NCBI GenBank assembly: GCA_022842995.1
Contig: JALHOM010000001.1
Location: 10,444-74,443 of the forward strand
From: Candidatus Saccharimonadota bacterium
GTDB lineage: Bacteria > Patescibacteriota > Saccharimonadia > Saccharimonadales > 2-12-FULL-41-12
Length of the DNA: 64,000 bases
Direction: 5' to 3'
Positions 37,800 to 47,338 of the stretch are shown in pieces. The first letter of the stretch is position 1. Each line of letters starts with the position of its first letter. The notes under the pieces were generated by a model. The model searched no databases. It saw nothing but the letters and a program-made list of their open reading frames with translations, and was not told where the DNA came from. The position numbers and the translations under genes are program-made.

Positions 37800-38722
37800 T
37801 CGTCGACTGTTCTTTCAATTTTCAACTCAGGAGTAATCTTCAAAGCGGCTTTTCGACCATCCCCGTCTTGAGCCAGGCAAATGAATGCACCTTCAGTTAA
37901 TTCATAGAGTTGTTTTCCGTTAAAATCTGCCACGTCATTTACCTTGTATTCGCTCAAGGTTAACTGACCATTGCCGAGAGGCGCAGTATGCCATCCCAGC
38001 ATTCCATATAATTTCGTTCTAGAGGCCACTCCTCCGCTGCCTGCGCCTGGATCACTACCATCAAAGGCAGTAATAATAGCTATACTATGATGCCTAATTC
38101 CAGTTCTTGGGTCTACTATGCCGAAAACCCCGTTACCTAGATTTTTTGGGACAGCCTCTATTGAACCGCCTATATCAAATATCTCCACCGAACCAGGAAC
38201 TATTGGCGTCGCTCCTGACTTACGAAATCCAAGCGCTACAATATCACCAGTCAATCCGTCTAGACCGGTGGTATCAGACGGGGCAACCAAGCTCAATACT
38301 TCCACTTTATTATGATCAAAAGTACTGGAACTCGTTTGAGTGTGAAAATGAATCAATTTTCCAATAAATATACACTGATTGTTTTCTCCCTGTTCTGTCG
38401 TTCCTCCAGGGTTTATTCTGACAGTAAATGGACTCTCGTCTGCGCCATTAGAAAGTGACCAGGATCCAGGAGTAGGAACTTTAGTGCACGTGAAGTTACT
38501 CCCTGCCGGATAATAGCCAGTGGCCACATCATTAAATACGTCCTGTAAACGCTGGTCGAGGCCCACAATTCCTTGGTCAAAGCGAGCACGATCTTGCCTT
38601 CCAGTAATCAAGAAGCTGGCCGATAAGAGCAAAGCTCCCGAAATAGCCAAGAAAATAATGACCTCTACAATCGTATAGCCATCAACGCATCGCCCGACAC
38701 CCCGAAACTTAGGCTTTTTCAT
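37778..38722 (-). CDS. large pilin-like protein (minor pilin); start moved to MKKPKFRG, which removes the overlap with pilD
   Basis: GYTIVEVIIFLAISGALLLSASFLI prepilin-type N-terminus. The track ORF has a 34-codon N-terminal extension. Confidence 0.5.
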   Translation of the reverse strand: MKKPKFRGVGRCVDGYTIVEVIIFLAISGALLLSASFLITGRQDRARFDQGIVGLDQRLQDVFNDVATGYYPAGSNFTCTKVPTPGSWSLSNGADESPFTVRINPGGTTEQGENNQCIFIGKLIHFHTQTSSSTFDHNKVEVLSLVAPSDTTGLDGLTGDIVALGFRKSGATPIVPGSVEIFDIGGSIEAVPKNLGNGVFGIVDPRTGIRHHSIAIITAFDGSDPGAGSGGVASRTKLYGMLGWHTAPLGNGQLTLSEYKVNDVADFNGKQLYELTEGAFICLAQDGDGRKAALKITPELKIERTVDEWPASCN

Positions 38723-38751
38723 CTTAGTAATAAGTATAGCACAAGCGAAAT

Positions 38752-39579
38752 CTAGCCAATACCCATGGTGACTTTTGTATAATATTCGATAATTTGCTTG
38801 CCAAATACGACGCCAACGATGCACCCCAAGATCAGGAAGGGGCCAAATGGTATCTTATGGGCCGGCTTGCGCCCACCGCGCGACAGTAAGAACGGCAACG
38901 AATATATAGTCCCGAACAGCGAGGCCAAAAATAGCATAAGTACCGCAATTAACGGTTCGAGGGTTAGTAGGCCAAGTAAAAAACCCAGCTTTACATCACC
39001 CCCACCTATCCACTTGCCCCTAGATACCTGGAACAAGATCCAAAATAGTCCTCCGCCTACTATAGCTGCACCTGCTGCCATAGTTATAGAGCCGAATATA
39101 TCCTCGCCCTGGATTAACCGGCCGATTGCGAACACAGCCCCAAATCCGTACAGCGGGAACACTATCCGGTTAGGCAATAACATCCACCGAAAATCATACA
39201 CGGCCAAAGCCATGAATCCAGTTAACAGACCCAGCCAAGCACCGAAGGCCAATATCTCAAAACCTTCGACAGAAAGAGGCCAAAATATGTATGAAGCAAC
39301 AAAGGCCGCTGCCGTAGACAGCTCAACCAAAGGGTAAGTTACCGGGATCGGTTTTTGACAGTAACGACACTTGCCTCTCAGAAACAACCAGCTAAATAAA
39401 GGAACCAGATCTTTTGCGACAAGCATATGACCACAATGAATACACATTGAACGGCCTTTAACCACCGAGTACTTATTGGACGGTTTTTTGGCGGCAAGCT
39501 GTTTATGGACACGCCAAACCAGGGCGTTCACAAAACTCCCCAGACACAGACCTAGCAGACCCAGAGCAAGATATATCAT
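38752..39579 (-). CDS. pilD: prepilin peptidase (A24 family; PilD) with an N-terminal zinc-ribbon
   Basis: CIHCGHML...CRYCQKPI tetracysteine, catalytic Asp residues within polytopic TM domains, and a GGGDVKL motif. Confidence 0.8.
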   Translation of the reverse strand: MIYLALGLLGLCLGSFVNALVWRVHKQLAAKKPSNKYSVVKGRSMCIHCGHMLVAKDLVPLFSWLFLRGKCRYCQKPIPVTYPLVELSTAAAFVASYIFWPLSVEGFEILAFGAWLGLLTGFMALAVYDFRWMLLPNRIVFPLYGFGAVFAIGRLIQGEDIFGSITMAAGAAIVGGGLFWILFQVSRGKWIGGGDVKLGFLLGLLTLEPLIAVLMLFLASLFGTIYSLPFLLSRGGRKPAHKIPFGPFLILGCIVGVVFGKQIIEYYTKVTMGIG

Positions 39580-39657
39580 TTAAAGTAAAACCTTTTCCTC
39601 AATAATAGAGGCGAGCCAACTGCCCGCCTCTATTCCTAAGCCTGTTAACTTACTAAC

Positions 39658-40167
39658 CTAGATGCTTGTGCATTGTGCCGTAAAGCCTGGTGAAACCCCA
39701 TTAGCAGCGGCAGTTCCTGGGCTCTCAACCAAATATGTAGCGGTCATTTGTCGACTAGTGCCACCAGTTAAACCGATTTGACCGTTTCCACCCGCTCCAC
39801 AGACAGAGAAGTTCCTAATGTAGATAGTTTCTCTGTTAAGTGCTGTTGGTAACGACTGGAAAGCAGTTGCATGCACGCTATAGTCCGAGGTTGTTAGCTG
39901 TGAAGCTGTAGAACTTAGTTGCGTTGTTATAACTGTTGGCGCAGTAGTCCCTGTGGGCGCTTTTCCATTATTATTATTAACCGCCTCTTGCAGGACACCC
40001 ATGATTTTACTGGCGTCGTTTCGAGTCTGTGTATTCCTGCTATTTCGCTGCAGTGCCGGGACCGCCAAAAAGACGATCAAAATAATTAGACCCGCGATTG
40101 CCAAGACAATCAAGACTTCGATGATCGTGAAGCCTTCTTGTCTTTTAGTTTGTAATTTACTTTTCAT
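39658..40167 (-). CDS. pilA: type IV pilin (probable major pilin)
   Basis: MKSKLQTKRQEGFTIIEVLIVLAIAGLIILIVFLAVP: class III signal peptide, G-1/F+1/E+5. Confidence 0.8.
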   Translation of the reverse strand: MKSKLQTKRQEGFTIIEVLIVLAIAGLIILIVFLAVPALQRNSRNTQTRNDASKIMGVLQEAVNNNNGKAPTGTTAPTVITTQLSSTASQLTTSDYSVHATAFQSLPTALNRETIYIRNFSVCGAGGNGQIGLTGGTSRQMTATYLVESPGTAAANGVSPGFTAQCTSI

Positions 40168-40256
40168 GATTCTATGCCCCCTAGAAGCATTAATAGATTA
40201 AGTTGTATAGCATTAATATATGTCAAAGCGCTCATGCTTGCAAGGTAAATGAACTT

Positions 40257-41474
40257 TTAATTAATTAAATCTTTGCCGGCCAGCGAATATATCGGCAGCA
40301 GCACTGCCGCGACGATAATAAAAGCAACGACACCTAAAATCACCATAAGAAGAGGTTCGATGATTGTGCTGATCGTTTTGATCTGATTATCCACTTCCTT
40401 TTCGTAATATTCGGCTGTTTTTTCGAGCATATCCTCCAAAGCACCGGACTGTTCGCCGATCCGAAGCATATTTGGAACCAGCGGCAAGAAATTAGGATCA
40501 CCGTCTAAGCCATCCGCCAAAGATTTACCGCCCTTCACCTTTTCGGTAGCGTTAAGGATGGAACGCTTAACATGTACATTGTTTACCGCTTCAGAAATAA
40601 CTTCAAGCACCTTAATTAAAGGCACCCCACTGGCTACCAAAGTAGTCCCGGTGCGCGCAAACCGCGCCATATAGACTTTCATAAACAGGCTCCCGATTGG
40701 CCAAGCTCGCATTTTGATACGATCTATCACTTCCTTACCAGGCCCAGTACGAGCATAGCGAGTGGTGGCAAAGGCCAAGACCACCAAAGCAATCAGAACT
40801 ATATACCAATATTTAATCGTAAAGTCTGAGATCGCCAACAATACCCTTGTAACAATCGGCAGACTCGCTCCCGGCAAGTCCTCATACATCACCTTAACTT
40901 GGGGCAATACCTTGACGATCATAAAGCCCACCACACCGAACATAACCAAGATCACAATCGCCGGGTAGGCCATTGCTCCACGGATTTTACTCACAATTTC
41001 GGCATCTTTTTCTTGCTGGAAAGCTATTCGCTCCAGAGCTTTATCTAAATTTCCAGATACCTCACCAGCTGCAATCAGATTAATGTAGACGTTATTAAAT
41101 ACTTTTGGGTGCTTGGCGAGCGCATCACTTAGTGCACTACCGCCCTCAACGTCGGCTATGACCTTATTTATCACCAACTTAAAGGATTTGTTTTCCGTCT
41201 GATCAGCTACATTTCTCAGGCTCTGAACTAGTGGCAAACCAGCATTTATCAAAGTTGACATCTGGCGAGAAAAAACAATCTTCTGCTTGGTTTTGATCCG
41301 CCCTTTTACGCTTGCGCCCGTAACGGACTTTACAGCCGCCGGACGGATATCCAAGGGAGCCAATCCCTCTTCTTGAATAAGCTTCGAAGCTGCCGACTCA
41401 TTAGAAGCCTCGACAGTAGACTTAACCTTCTGGCCAGTCCGTGGATCCCGAGCTTCATATTCAAAAGTCAGCAT
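40257..41474 (-). CDS. pilC: type IV pilus assembly platform protein PilC (GspF family)
   Basis: Two GspF-type repeats, three TM helices, 405 aa. Confidence 0.85.
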   Translation of the reverse strand: MLTFEYEARDPRTGQKVKSTVEASNESAASKLIQEEGLAPLDIRPAAVKSVTGASVKGRIKTKQKIVFSRQMSTLINAGLPLVQSLRNVADQTENKSFKLVINKVIADVEGGSALSDALAKHPKVFNNVYINLIAAGEVSGNLDKALERIAFQQEKDAEIVSKIRGAMAYPAIVILVMFGVVGFMIVKVLPQVKVMYEDLPGASLPIVTRVLLAISDFTIKYWYIVLIALVVLAFATTRYARTGPGKEVIDRIKMRAWPIGSLFMKVYMARFARTGTTLVASGVPLIKVLEVISEAVNNVHVKRSILNATEKVKGGKSLADGLDGDPNFLPLVPNMLRIGEQSGALEDMLEKTAEYYEKEVDNQIKTISTIIEPLLMVILGVVAFIIVAAVLLPIYSLAGKDLIN

Positions 41475-41569
41475 AGCAAACTAATCTTTCACCCTCGAAA
41501 ATAAATGACCGTCGCCTCGGCGATTTGGTGCCACTTTAATTTCTAATTTCAAATTTCTAATTTCCATTA

Positions 41570-42637
41570 TCAGCCTCTCATCAACCGATCTAGCTCTTCT
41601 AGATCTACGGCGTAATTACGAGCTTCGTCATACGAAATAGTCCCCGCATGAATCAAAGACACGAGCGTCTTATCCATAGACTGCATTCCGTAGTCCCCAC
41701 CCGTCTGGATGACTGCATCTAACTGATGGCTCTTACCCTCGCGGATAATATTCCTGACCGCCGGTGTAGCGACGAGAATTTCTGCTGAAGCGATTCGTCC
41801 CCCACCGATCGTCGGGATCAAACGCTGCGAGCAAATAGCCATCAAGATATTTGAAAGCTGAGCACGAACCTGCGGCTGCTGATGAGGCGGAAAAACATCG
41901 ATCATACGATCGATACTTTGGGCTGCCGAGTTAGTGTGGAGAGTCGCAAAAACGAGATGCCCGGTTTCGGCAATAGTAATTGCCGCCGCAATAGTCTCGA
42001 GATCGCGCATTTCCCCCAGCAAAACAACATCAGGGTCTTGTCGCAAGCTCGATCGCAAAGCAGCCGAAAATGAATAGGTGTCATAATGGACTTCACGCTG
42101 CACGATTACCGATTTTTTACTTTTGTGAGTAAATTCAATTGGATCTTCTATAGTTACGATGTGCGATGCGCGTTCGGTATTGATCTTGTCTACCAATGCA
42201 GCTAGCGTCGTGGACTTTCCCGATCCTGTTGGTCCAGTAACCAGCACCAAGCCTCTTGGATAATCGGCAAATTTCTCGACTACTTTTGGCAAGCCAAGTT
42301 GCTCAATACTCTGCAAATCATTTGGGATAAGACGCAGTGCAGCAGCTAAATTACCCCTCTCGTGAAAAGCATTTACACGAAACCGACCGAGGTCACCGAA
42401 CGCAAAACTGAAGTCGAATTCTTTGTCTTTGAGCAAAATTTGCTTTTGCTCGTCATCTAAAATTGCGAAAATAAGGCCCTCAATAGAGTCTTCAGTAAGT
42501 ACGGGCATGCCAGCAATCGGAGCAAGTGCACCATCTACACGCAAAATTGGCGCGAGACCCACCTGCAAATGAAGGTCTGAGGCCTTTTGCTTTATCACCT
42601 CTTCGAGAAGTAATTCAATTCGGAGCGCTGTTGCCAT
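41570..42637 (-). CDS. pilT: twitching-motility retraction ATPase PilT
   Basis: Walker A GPTGSGKST and an AIRNLIRE-like motif (AVRNIIREGK). Length 355 aa. Confidence 0.85.
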   Translation of the reverse strand: MATALRIELLLEEVIKQKASDLHLQVGLAPILRVDGALAPIAGMPVLTEDSIEGLIFAILDDEQKQILLKDKEFDFSFAFGDLGRFRVNAFHERGNLAAALRLIPNDLQSIEQLGLPKVVEKFADYPRGLVLVTGPTGSGKSTTLAALVDKINTERASHIVTIEDPIEFTHKSKKSVIVQREVHYDTYSFSAALRSSLRQDPDVVLLGEMRDLETIAAAITIAETGHLVFATLHTNSAAQSIDRMIDVFPPHQQPQVRAQLSNILMAICSQRLIPTIGGGRIASAEILVATPAVRNIIREGKSHQLDAVIQTGGDYGMQSMDKTLVSLIHAGTISYDEARNYAVDLEELDRLMRG

Positions 42638-42672
42638 ATGTTATTCCACCCTTTTTCTGTACATTTATCCCT

Positions 42673-44490
42673 CTAGGCGCTATCTGCAGCCGCAACGCGG
42701 TTAACCTCTGCAATGGTTGTCATGCCTGCCAGCGCTTTGAAGTATCCGTCTTCACGCATATTTACCATGCCGTTCGCCTTTGCAGCTTTCTGGATTTCGC
42801 TACTCGTCGCGCGCGATAATATGAGCTTTTGAATAGTTTCTTCAACCTCAAAGACTTCGTACAACCCCATTCGACCCTTGTAGCCTCCTGGTGTGTCGGG
42901 ACTGTCTTTACCCTTGTACAAAGTATAAGCGTTTTCGGTGCTTAGAGGCAAGTTTTCGTACCCAATGTCTGCAGCTTTTGCCGGCTTTTGATCTTCACTT
43001 TGTGGGAGTAAATAACCTATATTGTCGATGATCGCCTGTCTCTCGGCGGCGTCAGACTGGTACATTTCTTTGTTCTTGTCGGCAATACGCCTGACCAATC
43101 TTTGTCCAATCACCGTCCTCACTGTCGATGCGATCAGGAATGGTTCTATACCCATATCAAGTAGTCGAGGCAAAATTCCCGCAGCCGAGTTTGTGTGCAA
43201 GGTACTAAACACTAAGTGCCCAGTCAATGCTGCCTGAACGGCCAATGTTGCCGTTTCTTTATCACGGATTTCTCCGACCATCACCACGTCCGGGTCTTGT
43301 CGCAGGATAGACCGAAGACCAGAAGCAAACGTCAAACCTACCTCTGGATTAACCTGGATCTGGTTAACGCCATCCATTTTGTATTCAACCGGATCTTCCA
43401 GTGTAACGATGTTGATTGTGTCAGATTTGATCTCTTGCAGCAGCGCATACAGCGAGGTAGACTTACCGGAACCTGTCGGCCCAGAGGTCAAGATCATGCC
43501 ATTCGAGCTTTCTAGGCCTTTACGAATCGCCTTGAGAGCGCGCCCCCTATAGCCCATGTCTTCGAGCTTGAGAGTAGTGCCTGACTTATCGAGTAAACGA
43601 ATAACCACTTGTTCACCCCAGACCACCGGACTAATCGCAATACGAAGGTCGATAGCTTTCATTGCGACTCTCACCGTAAATTGACCGTCCTGAGGTATTC
43701 GGTGTTCATCGATTTTTAGATTGCTTAAAATCTTGATACGCGAAATTAGTGGCGGCTCAGTCTCTTTGGGCAGCTTCATAATTTCTCGTAAAACCCCGTC
43801 CACCCGACAACGAATTTTAAGTTCATTTTCCAAAGGCTCTATATGAATATCGCTGGCCCGATTCTTTGCTGCATATTCTAAAATAGCAGACAAAGCTTTT
43901 GAAATCGGCGAATCTTGAACAATCGTCTTGATGCTTTCGCCGTCCTTGCCCGTATTATGTTCAATACTCTTTGTGAGATCGGCAGTAACATCTGAGCCAT
44001 CCTCCATAACAACACCAATAGCCTTGGCGACGTCGGCTTCAACATCTTGGTCGTATTGAGCTAGAACATTACGTATACCTTCTTCCGACGCTGTATAAAC
44101 CTTTAATTGCCGCCCAATTCGATTTGCCAAGAAGTCAACCGCCTGGACATTATCGGCATCCAGCATGGCTACAACCAATTTGCCCTGTATCTGGCCGAGC
44201 GGGACCGCCATATATCTTTCTGCAACTTCTTTAGACAGTAATCGCAGAACGTCCTTCTCGATATGGGAATCGAGAAGATTAACATACGGCACTTTATTGA
44301 TCTGAGCCATCACTTTTGTGAGGTACTCATTGGAAATATGAGCCTCAGAGACTAAAACCTCAAAAAACGGACGGCCGTTTTTATGAGCATGATCCTTAAC
44401 CGTAATCAGGTCGTCGGATTTAATCTGGCCGTCTTTAACCAGGATTTCTTCAATCTGTTTTTGAGTCACCTCGGAGAGTATAGAAGCCAT
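42673..44490 (-). CDS. pilB: type IV pilus assembly ATPase PilB (GspE family)
   Basis: N-terminal GSPII domain, Walker A GPTGSGKST, Asp and His boxes. Length 605 aa. Confidence 0.85.
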   Translation of the reverse strand: MASILSEVTQKQIEEILVKDGQIKSDDLITVKDHAHKNGRPFFEVLVSEAHISNEYLTKVMAQINKVPYVNLLDSHIEKDVLRLLSKEVAERYMAVPLGQIQGKLVVAMLDADNVQAVDFLANRIGRQLKVYTASEEGIRNVLAQYDQDVEADVAKAIGVVMEDGSDVTADLTKSIEHNTGKDGESIKTIVQDSPISKALSAILEYAAKNRASDIHIEPLENELKIRCRVDGVLREIMKLPKETEPPLISRIKILSNLKIDEHRIPQDGQFTVRVAMKAIDLRIAISPVVWGEQVVIRLLDKSGTTLKLEDMGYRGRALKAIRKGLESSNGMILTSGPTGSGKSTSLYALLQEIKSDTINIVTLEDPVEYKMDGVNQIQVNPEVGLTFASGLRSILRQDPDVVMVGEIRDKETATLAVQAALTGHLVFSTLHTNSAAGILPRLLDMGIEPFLIASTVRTVIGQRLVRRIADKNKEMYQSDAAERQAIIDNIGYLLPQSEDQKPAKAADIGYENLPLSTENAYTLYKGKDSPDTPGGYKGRMGLYEVFEVEETIQKLILSRATSSEIQKAAKANGMVNMREDGYFKALAGMTTIAEVNRVAAADSA

Positions 44491-44506
44491 AGTTCTTCAA
44501 GCCCTC

Positions 44507-44743
44507 CTAAAATGGTGTCGTGCTCTTATTCTCGCCGATTTGAATTAATTGTGTAGGATTGATGCTCTCGCTATTGAAGTACCGTTTATCGGGCTGATCA
44601 AAGCCGGCACTAATGCTATCGACTTTTTGCGCCTTTAATTCTTTCGTTGACTTTGGCGTAAACAATAAATTAGATAAAACTAACGAAAATATAGCCGCAA
44701 AAACACCGACCGCCACAATTACTGCAATATCATTCTTCTTCAT
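44507..44743 (-). CDS. small single-TM protein within the pilMNO operon (PilP-like position)
   Basis: 78 aa, one N-terminal TM helix, coupled to its neighbours. Confidence 0.4.
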   Translation of the reverse strand: MKKNDIAVIVAVGVFAAIFSLVLSNLLFTPKSTKELKAQKVDSISAGFDQPDKRYFNSESINPTQLIQIGENKSTTPF

Positions 44744-45417
44744 TATCGCACCACCTCTTCGGTAATCCCCAACTTCTTCTCAGGCAAGAAATAAGTTTTC
44801 GCAGTTACATCAACCGCGATATTATTTTCTCGTACAGCAACGCCCAGCTTCTGAACTTTGATAGGTCGGATTGATCTCTCGTACAGCTCAAGGTACCGCT
44901 TTCCACTATCCGATCCGATTTCGGCACTCACCGAAAAAGGAATTTCAACCACTTCAGGATTAGAAGAATTACCGCTAGCTGCTTGATTTAGCTCGTCATC
45001 TGTCCCCGTGATAGTCTCTGGCGTAAAACCACCGGTCTTGAGCAACTTATCTATACTAGTCGTAAGGGCCGGAAAATCATATTTACTCGGCAAGGCGTCT
45101 AGCACGATGCGCGCATTCTCACCATCCCTATCGCCCTGACCCTTCGGGTTGCCGCCAATAGCATTTTCCGGCAAGCCAATAAATTCTTGATAAGACGTGT
45201 TAAGTTCTGCCACTTTTTGATTATTGTCTTTTAATTGTTTGAGTGTCTTTTCTTTGGCATTAATTACCCGCGACTGGTAAGACAGCTGATTATACAGCGA
45301 GCGAGTCGCGACAATGCAAAAAATTGCGATGAAAACAGTGATCGCTACCGTCAGAATAAGACGAGCATTGGTTTTATCAATCTGAATCCTCTTGGCTGAG
45401 AGATTTGGCTTTTTCAT
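44743..45417 (-). CDS. PilO-like pilus assembly protein
   Basis: N-terminal TM followed by a coiled-coil and a C-terminal periplasmic-type domain. Position after pilN. Confidence 0.5.
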   Translation of the reverse strand: MKKPNLSAKRIQIDKTNARLILTVAITVFIAIFCIVATRSLYNQLSYQSRVINAKEKTLKQLKDNNQKVAELNTSYQEFIGLPENAIGGNPKGQGDRDGENARIVLDALPSKYDFPALTTSIDKLLKTGGFTPETITGTDDELNQAASGNSSNPEVVEIPFSVSAEIGSDSGKRYLELYERSIRPIKVQKLGVAVRENNIAVDVTAKTYFLPEKKLGITEEVVR

Positions 45418-46160
45418 TGTTGCGTTCCCCCCCCTTGGTCTTGCGACTCGGACTGCTGAACAGAAGTAATTGATGGCTTCTGGGTCTCTGAAGGCGTGGA
45501 GATTATTGACGGGATTACAAGCTTGACCCCGTTTTCAAGAGGCTTATTTTCAACCGCCGTGTTCTTAAAAATCATTGGATCGAAATTAAAACTAACCTCG
45601 AAGCTTGCCGCACGCGCAGCGTTGTTGCCAGCTGTGGCTAGGCTAAAGTTATTTAGAACAACCGAGCTGAAAGCCTGTCCTTCAGACACACTGTCACCAC
45701 TTCCTTGAGTATACTTAGTAAACTTCAACGTATCGACAAATTTATTAATACTGGCGATACTATCTGTTTCACCCTTAACAGCCATGGTGTTACCCTCGGT
45801 ATCGACTGACAATGAAGTAACAAACATCTTGTCATGCTTTAACTGTGTCATGTAGTCAAACACTCGCGAGGTCATTGCTTTTTCCTCGTGAAGCTGAGGT
45901 AATTTTGAAAGCTGATTCTGGATAGTTAACACTTTGTCTAAATCTTTGTTCTCTTTCAGAGTATTCAGATTAGCAGTTATATCTTTATCTAGGTCTTTTA
46001 GCTGAGCCTGCTGGGTAACCCTGACAAACATGAACATCAGCACAAATATAGTTAAAAACGACCCTGCAACTATCAGGCTAACGAGTGTAATGATTCGCCG
46101 GCGATACGTCGCCTTTATGTACTCGAGCTTTACGTCTGGCAGGAGGTTAAATTGAATCAT
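45414..46160 (-). CDS. PilN-like pilus assembly protein
   Basis: MIQFNLLPDV...ITLVSLIVAGSFLTIFVLMFMF (PilN N-terminus plus TM). Overlaps pilM and pilO by 1-4 nt. Confidence 0.55.
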   Translation of the reverse strand: MIQFNLLPDVKLEYIKATYRRRIITLVSLIVAGSFLTIFVLMFMFVRVTQQAQLKDLDKDITANLNTLKENKDLDKVLTIQNQLSKLPQLHEEKAMTSRVFDYMTQLKHDKMFVTSLSVDTEGNTMAVKGETDSIASINKFVDTLKFTKYTQGSGDSVSEGQAFSSVVLNNFSLATAGNNAARAASFEVSFNFDPMIFKNTAVENKPLENGVKLVIPSIISTPSETQKPSITSVQQSESQDQGGGTQQ

Positions 46161-47201
46161 CTATTCCCTCCTCTCCGCTAAACCGACAGCCACAGCGAAA
46201 TGATTCGAAAGAGCCATTAGTTCGTTTTGCCTATCGGGAGTGTACTGCACATTCGCCCAGGCATTACCGATCTCTACATTTATGCCAAATTTGTTTGCAA
46301 TATATAGCGGAAATTCTGGCAACGAGGAGGCTCCACCGGTCATGATGATTTTCTCTATCTTGACGTCTTTGTAGCGAGCCTGGAAGAACTTTATTGATTT
46401 GTCGATATCGCTCATCAACAAATCGACAGTGCTAATAATCGCATTATAGACTTGGCCTTCTAACTTACTCTGACTGAGACCAAATTTAAACACAAATTCT
46501 TGAGCTTGGTTTTCGTCAATATTTAGATTCTGAACAGCTGCCTTCACGATGGCATCGGACCCAGTGGGTATTGCTCGCGTTAAGCGTGGAGCTCCGTTCA
46601 TGGTTATAACCATGTCCGTACTCTTGGTGCCAATATCTATGACCATCTGCGGGTTAAGCGCATCAGGAGAAACGACGGATCGGATCATAGCCAAATTATC
46701 TGGCTCGAAGGCCACGACATTAAGGCCGATTGATTCCAGCAAGTCTAACCGACCTTCCACGAAATCATTGGCAACGCTCGAAAGCAGAACTTCCACTTTA
46801 TTGGGATCTTTCGGTGAATCACCTATGACCGCAAAGTCTAACTTTGACTCAGCTATCGGCGTAGGTATCAATGAATCCGCCTGAAAATGGATAGTTTTTG
46901 CCATCTCTTGAGGATTGAGCCTCTCGATATCCACCACGACCGTAAAGACTCGGGACGACGGGATACCGACAGCAACATTCTTTGTAGTGATCTGGGCCTG
47001 CTCGAGGATCACCTTAAGCTTATCTGCAGCTTTTTGACGATCCGCTTTGGAATCACTAAAAGCGAGCTTACCATCTACAGGGGCCATGGCGTATTTTAGC
47101 AACTGACGAGCACCGTTATTATTGCTCAGCTGAACAATCCGTACCGAGCTCGTGCCGATATCCAGGCCAAAAAAATCTGAAACACCGCTTAAAAAGCCCA
47201 T
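46161..47201 (-). CDS. pilM: type IV pilus assembly ATPase-fold protein PilM
   Basis: GLDIGTSSVRIVQL actin-like fold start. 346 aa. Confidence 0.8.
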   Translation of the reverse strand: MGFLSGVSDFFGLDIGTSSVRIVQLSNNNGARQLLKYAMAPVDGKLAFSDSKADRQKAADKLKVILEQAQITTKNVAVGIPSSRVFTVVVDIERLNPQEMAKTIHFQADSLIPTPIAESKLDFAVIGDSPKDPNKVEVLLSSVANDFVEGRLDLLESIGLNVVAFEPDNLAMIRSVVSPDALNPQMVIDIGTKSTDMVITMNGAPRLTRAIPTGSDAIVKAAVQNLNIDENQAQEFVFKFGLSQSKLEGQVYNAIISTVDLLMSDIDKSIKFFQARYKDVKIEKIIMTGGASSLPEFPLYIANKFGINVEIGNAWANVQYTPDRQNELMALSNHFAVAVGLAERRE

Positions 47202-47338
47202 TACTAGTCAGCTCCAACTATTAATTTTGATATTGATTTTGCAAACATTGAAAGACTTTGCCCACATCCTTACTTGATAGCAGTATACCATAAGCATGAC
47301 CGTATCTAAACCATCCCAGCTTGACTTTATCTGCACCC

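Noticed and set aside
37778-38824. 73-bp overlap between the pilin-like gene and pilD in the track
   Set aside because: It is resolved by using the internal start MKKPKFRG at 38722. The upstream 34 codons lack an SD sequence and overlap the pilD 3' end.
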